A stretch of DNA of 64,000 nt from assembly GCF_016717175.1 (NCBI RefSeq), contig NZ_JADKFZ010000004.1; one strand, given 5' to 3'. Made by a program: the position numbers and the translations under genes. Below are positions 54,069-62,912 of this stretch, piece after piece. Positions within the stretch are counted from its first letter, which is position 1. Each line of letters starts with the position of its first letter. A model generated the notes under the pieces. The model searched no databases, was not told where the DNA came from, and saw only the letters and a program-made list of their open reading frames with translations. The stretch comes from Nannocystis sp. (lineage in GTDB: Bacteria > Myxococcota_A > Polyangia > Nannocystales > Nannocystaceae).

Positions 54069-55577
54069 ATGGTTTGCGGGACGACAGGGCGCGTGGGTCG
54101 CTCGCTCGCGCTGCTCCTCGCCTGCGCGCCGGCCTGCGCCGGCGGGGCCGGCCTGGGCGACGAGACGGCGGCGGAGCAGACGAGCGGGAGCGGCGGTCAG
54201 GCTGCGAGCACGAGCGCGAGCGGCGATGTGCCGACGGGCCCGGGCGACACGACCACCGGCGATCCGGGCACCAGCACCGGCGACGTGTCGACGGGCACCG
54301 GCGACACCGGCGACGAGACGGGGGGCAGCAGCGGTGACGCGACCACCACCGGCGCCGACGAGCCCCACCCCGAGCTCTACCCGACCGACCGCACGCACTC
54401 GCCGATCAGCGCCTACGTGGCCGATCACCTGCGCGAGATAGCGATGGCGCCGGCCGGGGTCGACAAGAACGCCGCGGTGTTCGCCAAGATCGGCGGCACG
54501 AGCACGGCCAACGCCGACTACATGCAGTGCTTCCAGAGCGACGCGGCGATCAAGGACCTGCCGGTCGAGCTGATGCCGGCGCTGACCCACTTCCGCTCGG
54601 TCGACCTCGGCATGGGCGTGACGGACTTCGATCGCGTGAGCCTGGCGGCGACCGTCGGGGTCACCTCGACCGGGCTCGTGGCGGGCGCGCCGACGCCGAT
54701 CAACGCCGAGGTCGAGGCGATCAAGCCGCGCTTCGCTCACCTGCTGGTCGGAAGTCACGACCTCGAGAAGGACCAGCCGGCCGAGCTCTACACCTTCGCC
54801 GATAACCTGCTCGGGGCCGTCGACGCGCTGCTGATCAACGGGGTCGTGCCGATCCTTTCGACGATCCCGCAGCGCCAGGACCTCGGGCTCAAGGACGCGT
54901 ATGTGCCGCGCTACAACGCGGTGATCCGCGCGGTCGCGCAGGGCCGCCAGATCCCGCTGGTCGACCTGAACCGCGAGCTGGCGCCGCTGCCGAACCTCGG
55001 CGCGACCGACGGCGGCGGCCTGACCGTGTTCGTGTCGGCGAACCTCGATCGCCCGTGCCACTTCTCGGAGTCGGCGCTGATGTACGGCTACAACGTGCGC
55101 AACCTCGAGGACCTGCGGGCGCTCGACCGCGTGAAGCAGGTGGTGGTCGACGCGGTCGCCGAGCTCGACCCTGCCAGCCCGGGGCTCGCGGGCGCGGGCA
55201 CGCCGGAGAAGCCGTACCTGATCCCGTCGCTGCCCTTCGTCGATCTGCGCAGCACCGCCGACAGCCCGAGCGACAGCTTCGACAGCTACATGGGCGCGTG
55301 CGACGGCGCCAAGGACGAGAGCGGTCCCGAGCGCGTGTATCGCTTCGAGGCGCCCGACGACATCAATCTTCGGGTCATGGTCTTCGACCGCGGCATGGTC
55401 GACGTCGACGTGCAGGTGCTCAAGGACGCCGCGCCGGAGACCTGCCTGCAGCGCAACGACAAGGAGATCGCCGGACCGCTGCCGTCCGGGACCTACCACG
55501 TGGTGGTCGACAGCTACGCCGGCAACGTGCCGAAGGGCGCGTCCGGCGAGTACATGCTGGTCGTGATGGCAGAGTGA
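54069..55577 (+). CDS. Secreted lipoprotein, possible SGNH/GDSL-like hydrolase with C-terminal beta-sandwich
   Basis: Lipobox (LLLACAPACAG), a T/G/D-rich linker, then a catalytic-like domain. Assignment tentative. Confidence 0.6.
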   Translation: MVCGTTGRVGRSLALLLACAPACAGGAGLGDETAAEQTSGSGGQAASTSASGDVPTGPGDTTTGDPGTSTGDVSTGTGDTGDETGGSSGDATTTGADEPHPELYPTDRTHSPISAYVADHLREIAMAPAGVDKNAAVFAKIGGTSTANADYMQCFQSDAAIKDLPVELMPALTHFRSVDLGMGVTDFDRVSLAATVGVTSTGLVAGAPTPINAEVEAIKPRFAHLLVGSHDLEKDQPAELYTFADNLLGAVDALLINGVVPILSTIPQRQDLGLKDAYVPRYNAVIRAVAQGRQIPLVDLNRELAPLPNLGATDGGGLTVFVSANLDRPCHFSESALMYGYNVRNLEDLRALDRVKQVVVDAVAELDPASPGLAGAGTPEKPYLIPSLPFVDLRSTADSPSDSFDSYMGACDGAKDESGPERVYRFEAPDDINLRVMVFDRGMVDVDVQVLKDAAPETCLQRNDKEIAGPLPSGTYHVVVDSYAGNVPKGASGEYMLVVMAE

Positions 55578-55603
55578 CAAGCTGATATGCTGGCCTGGCG
55601 ACC

Positions 55604-57028
55604 ATGAAGCAACCGCAGGATGAGATGGTGTGGATCGACCACAACGGCGTCGCGCACCCGCTCGGCGAGGTGGCGACGGCCCGGATGGGCCAGCGCGAGG
55701 GGGCCTATCGGATGCTGCCCACGCCGGGCCACGTGGTGCTGCTGCGCTTCACCGGCAACGACGGTCGGCGCGACCTCGAGGACGGTCCGATCGTGCGGAT
55801 GGCCGGTGAGATCACGGCCAGCGGCGACATGGCCGACGTGCTCGCGGTGCTCGGGCACATCGGCACGCGCGGCGAGCTGGTGGTGATGGATGGCGAGGTC
55901 ACGCGCAGCGTGTTCTTCGAGCACGGCAACATCGTCGGCGTGCAGACCAACGCGGAGGACGAGCGCATCGGCATGCTCCTCTACAAGTACGGGGTGCTCA
56001 GCGAGGAGCAGATCCTCCCGGTGCTCGAGCGGGCCCGCAAGGGCGACCTGTTCGGCATGGCCGCGGTCGAGCTCGGCCTGGTCTCGCAGGATGTCATCTA
56101 CAAGTATCTGGCGCGCCAGGTCGAGGAGGTGGTGTTCGCGGTGCTCGCCGCGGCCGACGGCGCGTACTGCTTCCTCGACGGCTTCGACGAGGCGCGCCTG
56201 GCCTCGCGGCAGGTCGTCAGCGCGACCGCGCTGCTGATGAATCACCTCACGCGAATCGACGAGATCCGGCATCTTCGGCCCTGGATCCCGTCGGCGGAGT
56301 ACGTGCCGCTGCGCCTGGCGCCGCGCTCGGCGGTGGCCAGCGAGCAGGCGGTGGTGTGGGACGCGATCGACGGCATCAGCAGCGTCGGCGACATCGGTCG
56401 CGGCACCGGGCTCGGCGAGTTCGAGGTGACCAAGCAGCTGTTTCACCTGAGCCAGGCCCAGCTGGTGGCGATCCATCCGCCGAAGCTGCGCGGCGGGATC
56501 GGTGAGGTCGTCGAGCTGGCCAACGCCGGTCTGCGGGCGATCCACCAGGCCGCCGACGCGGGCGGGCGCGGCACGGCGCTGCGCAACAACCTCATCGCCT
56601 TCTCCCGCGGCGACTACGAGGCGCTGCTGCGCGGCGCCGGGCCCTTCGAGCACGGGGGCTTCGGCGCGCCCGCGCTCGTGGTCAACAGCGCGGGCCTCCG
56701 CCCCGCCTCCGAGGTCGAGACCTTCGTGCGCGAGATGCTCTACGACTACGTGTCCTTCGCGCTGTTCAGCGCGACGGCCTCGCTGGCCAACACCACGTTG
56801 TCGGCCGAGGTCGAGCCGCTGCTGGCCCGGCTGCGCCCGCTCGGTCAGTCGGGGCGCTATCTGGTCGGGCGTCGCCAGCCAGGTGGTCCCGGTGGCGGCG
56901 GTTTCGGGGGTGGCTTCGGTGGGGCCGGGGCGTCTGGGTCGGGCGTTCGCTCGAGCGAGGACTCGGACCCGGGCGGGGCGGGCTCGTCGGGCTCGGGCGG
57001 GGCGGACTCGTCGGGCGCGGCGCTCTGA
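55604..57028 (+). CDS. DUF4388 (PATAN-like) domain protein with G/S-rich C-terminal tail
   Basis: LAVLGHIGTRGELVVMDGEVTRSVFFEHGNIVGVQTNAEDERIGMLLYKYGVLSEEQ is a DUF4388 core. Confidence 0.75.
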   Translation: MKQPQDEMVWIDHNGVAHPLGEVATARMGQREGAYRMLPTPGHVVLLRFTGNDGRRDLEDGPIVRMAGEITASGDMADVLAVLGHIGTRGELVVMDGEVTRSVFFEHGNIVGVQTNAEDERIGMLLYKYGVLSEEQILPVLERARKGDLFGMAAVELGLVSQDVIYKYLARQVEEVVFAVLAAADGAYCFLDGFDEARLASRQVVSATALLMNHLTRIDEIRHLRPWIPSAEYVPLRLAPRSAVASEQAVVWDAIDGISSVGDIGRGTGLGEFEVTKQLFHLSQAQLVAIHPPKLRGGIGEVVELANAGLRAIHQAADAGGRGTALRNNLIAFSRGDYEALLRGAGPFEHGGFGAPALVVNSAGLRPASEVETFVREMLYDYVSFALFSATASLANTTLSAEVEPLLARLRPLGQSGRYLVGRRQPGGPGGGGFGGGFGGAGASGSGVRSSEDSDPGGAGSSGSGGADSSGAAL

Positions 57029-57044
57029 CGTATCCTCGCGGGCG

Positions 57045-58169
57045 ATGCCGGTCGACGACCCCCACGACCCCGCGGCGCCGACGACCCGCAAGCAGGTGTT
57101 CCCCTGCGGCCAGTGCGGATCGTCGCTGGAGTTCAAGCCGGGCAGCGACAGCATGCGCTGCCCGCATTGTGGGCACACCCAGGCGCTGCCCGGCGGCGCG
57201 GGCGGGGTGATCAGCGAGCACGACTTCCACGAGGGCATCGCTCGCGCGCGCCGCCAGCCGAGCGCCGCGCTCGTCGAGGGCGGCCACAACGTGCAGTGCG
57301 AGGGCTGCGGCGCGCAGACGGTGGTCGCCGGTCAGGCCGCGCGCTGCCCCTTCTGCGGCTCGCCGGTGGTGATGGCGATCCAGGAGCTCGGCGAGATCTT
57401 CACGCCCGAGAGCCTGCTGCCGTTCAAGCTCGACGCGCGCGCGGCCAAGGACCGCTATCAGAAGTGGGTCGGCGGCCTGTGGTTCGCCCCGAATGACCTC
57501 AAGACGCTGGCCAATCAGCACGGCATGGACGGCGTGTACATGCCGTACTGGTCGTACGATTCGAACACCACCACCCGCTACACCGGCGAGCGCGGCGAGT
57601 ACTACTACGTCAGCGAGACCTACCGCGACAGCAAGGGCGAGACGCAGACCCGCCAGGTCCGCCACACCCGCTGGTACCCGACCTCGGGCACCGTGCACGT
57701 GAGCTTCGACGACGTGCTGGTGTGCGGCTCGCAGACCCTGCCGCGCAAGCTGCTCGAGGGGCTGGAGCCGTGGGACCTGCCGGAGCTGCGGGCCTTCGAC
57801 GCCGGCTACCTCAGCGGCTTCGTCGCCGAGCGCTACAAGATCGGGCTGGAGGAGGGCTTCGTCGCCGCCGAGGCGCGCATGGTCCCGAAGATCCGCAGCG
57901 CGGTCGAGTCGGACATCGGCGGCGACGATCAGCGGATCGGCAACCTCAACATCCATCACGCCGATGTCCGCTTCAAGCACCTGCTGCTGCCGCTGTGGAT
58001 CTCGAGCTTTCGCTACAAGGAGAAGGCCTACCGCTTCACCGTCAACGCCCGCAGCGGGCAGGTCTCGGGCGAGCGGCCGTGGAGCGTGGTGAAGATCGTG
58101 CTGGCGGTGCTGGCGGTGATCGCGGTGATCGTGACGATCGCGGTGCTGGTCCAGAAGTACAAGCAGTAG
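57045..58169 (+). CDS. Double zinc-ribbon protein with unknown middle domain and C-terminal transmembrane anchor
   Basis: CGQCGSS...CPHCGH and CEGCGAQ...CPFCGS zinc ribbons. C-terminal TM (VVKIVLAVLAVIAVIVTIAVLV). ATG at 57045. Confidence 0.6.
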   Translation: MPVDDPHDPAAPTTRKQVFPCGQCGSSLEFKPGSDSMRCPHCGHTQALPGGAGGVISEHDFHEGIARARRQPSAALVEGGHNVQCEGCGAQTVVAGQAARCPFCGSPVVMAIQELGEIFTPESLLPFKLDARAAKDRYQKWVGGLWFAPNDLKTLANQHGMDGVYMPYWSYDSNTTTRYTGERGEYYYVSETYRDSKGETQTRQVRHTRWYPTSGTVHVSFDDVLVCGSQTLPRKLLEGLEPWDLPELRAFDAGYLSGFVAERYKIGLEEGFVAAEARMVPKIRSAVESDIGGDDQRIGNLNIHHADVRFKHLLLPLWISSFRYKEKAYRFTVNARSGQVSGERPWSVVKIVLAVLAVIAVIVTIAVLVQKYKQ

Positions 58170-58212
58170 GGTTGTCGCGGCCCCGGGGTTCCCCCTGCGA
58201 GGCCGCGCTGTT

Positions 58213-59400
58213 ATGCTCGCGGCCCGCATGCGGCCCGTCCCGATCACCGCGCTCAGCCTGTGCAACGGCATGGGCATGACCACCGCGGAGGTGCTGGCGG
58301 GGCTGCGCGCGGGTCGCTCGGGGCTCGGGCCCTGTCCGCCGGAGATCGGGCTCGCGGGCGCGGCGACGGTCGGGGCGATGCCGGGGCCCTTGCCGCCGCT
58401 GCCGGCCGAGTTCGCCGCCTACGACACCCGGCAGGCCCGCATCGCCGCGCTCGCGCTGGCCGAGCTGGCCGGGCCGATCGAGCGCGCCAAGGGCCGCTGG
58501 GGCGCGCGTCGGATCGCGGTGATCCTCGGCACCAGCACCGGGGGCATCGGCGCGAGCGAGCTGGCCTACGCGCATCACCAGGCGCACGGCGTGCTGCCGG
58601 ACTGGTACTCGGTGGAGACCTCGCACGCGCTCGACGCGGTGCTGCCGGTGGTGTGCGGGCTGGCCGGGCTCGCGGGGCCGGCGTACATGCTGTCGACCGC
58701 GTGCTCGTCGTCGGCCAAGGTGTTCGCGGCGGCGCAGCGGCTCATTCACCTCGGGGTGTGCGACGCGGCGCTGGTCGGCGGGGTCGACAGCCTGTGCCAG
58801 CTGACGCTGCGCGGCTTCGCCGGGCTCGAGGTGCTGTCGCCGGCGCCGTGCCGGCCGTTCTCGGCGCTGCGGGCCGGCATCAACATCGGCGAGGGCGCGG
58901 CGCTGTGCCTGCTCGAGCGCGAGGGCGAGGGCCCGGCCCGCCTGCTGGCGGTCGGCGAGAGCTCCGACGCGTTTCACATGACCAGCCCGCACCCGGAGGG
59001 GCTCGGCGCGCGCCTGGCGATGGAGCGGGCGCTGGCTGGCGCGGGGCTGTCGCCCGGCGATGTCGACCACGTCAACGCCCACGGCACCGGCACGCGCCAG
59101 AACGACAGCGCCGAGGGGGCGGCGATCGCTGCGCTGTTCGGGCCGGGCATGCGGGTGGTCGCGACCAAGGGCTACACGGGGCATCAGCTCGGGGCGGCGG
59201 GCGCCACCGAGGTCGCGTTCACGGCGCTGGCGATCGCCCACGGCTTCGTGCCGGAGAGCGTCGGAGCGGCCCCGCCGGACCCGGAGATCGCGGTCCGGGT
59301 CACGACCCAGTTCGAAGCCTTGATCACGCGCGCGGCGATCAGCAACTCCTTCGCCTTCGGCGGCTCGAACGTCAGCGTGCTCGTGGGGGCGCCGGCATGA
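58213..59400 (+). CDS. Beta-ketoacyl-ACP synthase (KAS I/II-like)
   Basis: Active-site Cys in STACSSS and His/His in HMTSPHPEG / NAHGTGT. GFGG C-terminal motif. Real start probably at 58228. Confidence 0.85.
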   Translation: MLAARMRPVPITALSLCNGMGMTTAEVLAGLRAGRSGLGPCPPEIGLAGAATVGAMPGPLPPLPAEFAAYDTRQARIAALALAELAGPIERAKGRWGARRIAVILGTSTGGIGASELAYAHHQAHGVLPDWYSVETSHALDAVLPVVCGLAGLAGPAYMLSTACSSSAKVFAAAQRLIHLGVCDAALVGGVDSLCQLTLRGFAGLEVLSPAPCRPFSALRAGINIGEGAALCLLEREGEGPARLLAVGESSDAFHMTSPHPEGLGARLAMERALAGAGLSPGDVDHVNAHGTGTRQNDSAEGAAIAALFGPGMRVVATKGYTGHQLGAAGATEVAFTALAIAHGFVPESVGAAPPDPEIAVRVTTQFEALITRAAISNSFAFGGSNVSVLVGAPA

Positions 59401-60308
59401 GCGACGGTGGTGGCATCTCCTCAGCAGAGCGTGGGCCGGAGCGTGGGCTCGGGCTGTCGCTGCGCGGGCTCGGGCTGTGGACCCCGGGCTACCCCGACGC
59501 GCTCAGCTGGTCGCAGCGACATGTCCGTGGGGACAGGTCCAACGAGGCTGCTCCGAGCGCCCCGTCTGCGCTGGGCGCCGACGCCCCGCGGGCCGAGCTG
59601 CTGCCGCCGATGCTGCGCCGCCGGACCAGCCTGCTGACCCGCATGGCCGCCGAGGTCGCGGCCCAGGCGATCGCCAGCGCCGGCTTCGATCGCGCCGAGG
59701 TGACGACGATCTACGGATCGGTCTACGGCGAGATCCGGACCACGCTCGATCTCCTGGCCGCGCTGCAGGACCCGGCCGCGCCGCTGTCGCCGACCAAGTT
59801 CCACAACAGCGTGCACAACACGGCCGCCGGCTACGTGTCGATCGCGACCCAGAACCGGCGCGGCAACGCGGCCCTCACCGCCGGGCGCTCGACCCTGGCG
59901 ATGGGGCTGATCGAGTGCGCCGGGCTGATCGCGGCGGGGCAGGGGCCGACCGTGCTGGTGATCGCCGAGGAGACGCTGCCCGAGCCGCTGGCCGCCGGCC
60001 GCAGCTACGCGCCGCTGGCCGCCGCCTTCGCGCTCGCTGCCGCGGGCGCCACGGATGTTGGGGCTGTCCCGGGGGACATGTCCTCGCGGACCTGTCGCCT
60101 GGTACAGGCGAGCCGCGGCGACCCGGCTGTGCCAAGGCTGCCGGCCGCGCTGCTCGGCAACCCCTGCGCGCTGGCGCTGGCGCTGTGCGAGCTGGCGCTG
60201 CAGCCGGGCGCCGCGTGCCTGTCGCTCGAGCCGCACCTGCCCGCGGGCGGCTGGTGCATCGAGCTCGACGCCCGCGACGGCGCGAAGGGCCCGGAGGCGG
60301 CCGCGTGA
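59397..60308 (+). CDS. KS-like partner protein (chain-length-factor-like, active-site Cys not evident)
   Basis: Thiolase-fold similarity ([16 protein letters not shown]...) without the C-H-H triad. Start ATGA-coupled to the upstream KS and stop GTGA-coupled to the downstream dehydratase. Confidence 0.6.
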   Translation: MSDGGGISSAERGPERGLGLSLRGLGLWTPGYPDALSWSQRHVRGDRSNEAAPSAPSALGADAPRAELLPPMLRRRTSLLTRMAAEVAAQAIASAGFDRAEVTTIYGSVYGEIRTTLDLLAALQDPAAPLSPTKFHNSVHNTAAGYVSIATQNRRGNAALTAGRSTLAMGLIECAGLIAAGQGPTVLVIAEETLPEPLAAGRSYAPLAAAFALAAAGATDVGAVPGDMSSRTCRLVQASRGDPAVPRLPAALLGNPCALALALCELALQPGAACLSLEPHLPAGGWCIELDARDGAKGPEAAA

Positions 60309-60856
60309 GCGAGTTCCCGCCCGTGCAGGAGCTGGTGCCCCAGCGGCCGCCGATGCTGCTGCTCGACGCGGTCACGGCCTGGGACGGCGTCTCGCTCGAG
60401 TGCGTCACCACCGTGCGCGCCGACTGGCTGCTGGTCGAGGCCGGGCGCATGCCGGCGGCCGGGCTGCTGGAGGTGATGGCGCAGGCGGTCGCGGCGATGC
60501 ACGGACTGCAGGGCCACGCGCGCGGCGAGCCGGTGCGCGTCGGCCTGCTGACGGGCTGCCGCGAGCTGCGCCTGCACGCGCCGGCGGTGCCGGTCGGCAC
60601 GTCCCTGCGGGTGCGGGCCCGCCAGGTCGTCGACCTCGAGGCGGCGGCCGAGTTCGCGTGCAGCGTGGTCACGGCCGAGGGCCGCGCGCTCGCCGAGGGC
60701 GCGCTGCAGGTGGTGCGGGGCGAGCCAGCGGCCGCGGGCGTAGCGACGGCCGCTGGCTCCGCTGGATCCGCTGGATCCGCTGGATCCGCTGGATCCGCTG
60801 CATCCGCTGCATCATGGACCGCGCCCGGCGGACCCGAGGAAGCGCAATCAACATGA
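60305..60856 (+). CDS. Hotdog-fold (FabA/FabZ-like) dehydratase with an (AGS)n C-terminal tail
   Basis: [11 protein letters not shown]...LLEVMAQA hotdog motif. The tail [18 protein letters not shown] is encoded by a 9-bp tandem repeat (60751-60812). Confidence 0.65.
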   Translation: MSEFPPVQELVPQRPPMLLLDAVTAWDGVSLECVTTVRADWLLVEAGRMPAAGLLEVMAQAVAAMHGLQGHARGEPVRVGLLTGCRELRLHAPAVPVGTSLRVRARQVVDLEAAAEFACSVVTAEGRALAEGALQVVRGEPAAAGVATAAGSAGSAGSAGSAGSAASAASWTAPGGPEEAQST

Positions 60857-61575
60857 GACCGAGAGCACTCGTCACCGGCGCGAGCCGTGGCATCGGCGCG
60901 GCGATCGCAGAGGCGCTCGCCGCCGCCGGACACCCCGTCCTGATCAACTACCGCAGCGGGCACGCGGCCGCGGAGGCGGTCGCCGAGAAGATCCGGAGCG
61001 CCGGCGGGCAGGCCACGCTGTGCCCCTTCGACGTCGCCGACGCGGCGGCCAGCGCGGCCGCGATGGCGGAGATCCTCGCCGACGCGGCGCCGCTCGGGAT
61101 CGTCGTCAACAACGCCGGGGTCGCGCGCGACAACCCCTTGCCGGCGATCGAGCCCGACGACTGGAACCTGGTCCTGCGCACCACGCTCGACGGGTTCTAC
61201 AACGTGACCCGGCCGGCGGTCATGCCGATGGTGCGGCGCAAGTGGGGCCGCATCGTCAACATGAGCTCGGTGTCGGCGCTGATCGGCAACCGCGGCCAGG
61301 TCGCCTACGCGGCGGCCAAGGCCGGGATCCTCGGCGCGACCAAGTCGCTGGCGCTGGAGCTGGCGCGGCGCGGCATCACCGTCAACGCGGTCGCTCCCGG
61401 TCTGATCGAGACGGACATGATCAAGGACGTCCCGCTCGAGCACGTGATGCCGCGGATCCCCGCGCAGCGGCTCGGTCAACCGCACGAGGTCGCGGCGCTG
61501 GTGGCATTTTTGTGCAGCGACGCGGCCGGCTACATCACCGGGCAGACGATCGGGATCAACGGCGGGATGGCATGA
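60853..61575 (+). CDS. fabG: 3-oxoacyl-ACP reductase (SDR, FabG-like)
   Basis: TGASRGIG Rossmann motif and the S...YAAAK catalytic triad. 240 aa. Confidence 0.85.
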   Translation: MRPRALVTGASRGIGAAIAEALAAAGHPVLINYRSGHAAAEAVAEKIRSAGGQATLCPFDVADAAASAAAMAEILADAAPLGIVVNNAGVARDNPLPAIEPDDWNLVLRTTLDGFYNVTRPAVMPMVRRKWGRIVNMSSVSALIGNRGQVAYAAAKAGILGATKSLALELARRGITVNAVAPGLIETDMIKDVPLEHVMPRIPAQRLGQPHEVAALVAFLCSDAAGYITGQTIGINGGMA

Positions 61576-62801
61576 ACGACGACGCATACGAGGTGATCAT
61601 CGTCGGCAGCGGGCCCGCGGGCTCGACCGCCGCCAACCTGCTGGCCCAGGCCGGGCGCCGGGTGCTGGTGCTCGAGCGCGAGAGCTTCCCGCGCTTCCAC
61701 ATCGGCGAGTCGCTGCTGCCGATCGACCTGCCGCTGTTCGAGCGCCTCGGCCTCACGATCGACGCCAGCGCCTACAAGTTCAAGCAGGGCGCCGAATTTT
61801 GGGACGAGCGCACCGGCGACTTCGCGTTCTTCAGCTTCGCCGACGCGATGCCCGGCACGCCCTCGCACGCGTGGCAGGTCGAGCGCGCGCTGTTCGACGA
61901 CCTCCTGGCCCGCCAGGCGATCGCCCGCGGCGCGGAGATCCACTTCGGCGAGGCGGTCACGGCGATCGAGCTCGGCGCCGAGGCGGTGGCGGTGCGCAGC
62001 GAGCGGGCCAGCTACCGCGCCCGCTTCGTGTTCGACGCGACCGGTCAGGACGCGTGGTTCGCCCGCCGGGCCCGGACGGTCGCGCCGATCCGCGAGCTCG
62101 GTCGCGCCGCCGTGTTCACCCACTTCGAGGGCCTGTCAGCGGCCGCGATCGACGAGATCGGGGCCCAGGGCAACATCAAGGTGCTGCTGGTGCCCGACGG
62201 CTGGCACTGGATCATCCCGCTGGTCGGCGGCCGCCTGAGCGTCGGCCTCGTGAAGTGGCGCGGCAAGCTCGACGAGGAGGCGCTGGAGGCCGCGCTCGCC
62301 GCGTCGCCGCTGATCCAGCGCCTGTGCGCCGGGGCGCGGCGCGGCCCGACGCGGACGATCGCCAACTGGTCGTACAAGAACCTGCGCCCGCACGGCCCGC
62401 GCTGGGCCTGCATCGGCGACGCGGCCGCGTTCCTCGATCCGGTGTTCTCGTCCGGCGTGTCGCTGGCGATGCTCGGCGCCGAGCGGGCCGTCGACCTGCT
62501 GCTCCCGGCGCTCAGCGCTGCCGACGAGGCGGCGCCCGAGCTGATGGCGCCGTGGTCGTCGCACATGCAACCAGCCTACGACGCGTTCGAACAGCTCATC
62601 CGCCGCTTCTATCACACGCGGATGGTGCACCACCTGTTCTTCGCCGCCGAGCCCGACCCGGCGCTGCGCCGCGGCCTCATCAGCGTGCTCGCGGGCGACG
62701 TGTGGCGCCGCGATAACCCGTTTCAGGCGATGCTGGAGAGCTCCCGTCTGCAGCCCCGAGCACCCACGATATTGCCAGACCCGGAGACACAACAAGATTG
62801 A
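61572..62801 (+). CDS. FAD-dependent oxidoreductase of the halogenase / geranylgeranyl-reductase-like family
   Basis: [11 protein letters not shown] dinucleotide motif. GD..A/F motif ([15 protein letters not shown]). Start overlaps the fabG stop. Confidence 0.75.
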   Translation: MNDDAYEVIIVGSGPAGSTAANLLAQAGRRVLVLERESFPRFHIGESLLPIDLPLFERLGLTIDASAYKFKQGAEFWDERTGDFAFFSFADAMPGTPSHAWQVERALFDDLLARQAIARGAEIHFGEAVTAIELGAEAVAVRSERASYRARFVFDATGQDAWFARRARTVAPIRELGRAAVFTHFEGLSAAAIDEIGAQGNIKVLLVPDGWHWIIPLVGGRLSVGLVKWRGKLDEEALEAALAASPLIQRLCAGARRGPTRTIANWSYKNLRPHGPRWACIGDAAAFLDPVFSSGVSLAMLGAERAVDLLLPALSAADEAAPELMAPWSSHMQPAYDAFEQLIRRFYHTRMVHHLFFAAEPDPALRRGLISVLAGDVWRRDNPFQAMLESSRLQPRAPTILPDPETQQD

Positions 62802-62884
62802 TACGTAATCCGCATTACGGAACTTACCGAATGTGATGTTGATGCGCCCCTGGCCAGGGTTGTTGCAATTTCGCGCCAAAGATT

Positions 62885-62912
62885 GTTCTCTCGACATGTC
62901 GCATGTCGAAGC
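62885..62912. promoter_or_regulatory. Palindromic operator-like site TCGACATGTCGCATGTCGA just upstream of the FReD lipoprotein start
   Basis: Direct reading. Shares the GACATGTCGC core with the 37-bp repeat units at 48095-48425. Confidence 0.3.

Noticed and set aside
52336-55580. ORFs 52336-53934 (plus) and 53889-55580 (minus), among others
   Set aside because: Antisense shadows of the two lipoprotein genes
55514-58283. Minus-strand ORFs 55514-57289 and 56766-58283, and the N-terminal 181 codons of 56502-58169
   Set aside because: Antisense or out-of-frame relative to the DUF4388 and zinc-ribbon genes. R-rich
59875-61587. 570-aa minus-strand ORF
   Set aside because: Antisense to the coupled KS-like, dehydratase and FabG genes
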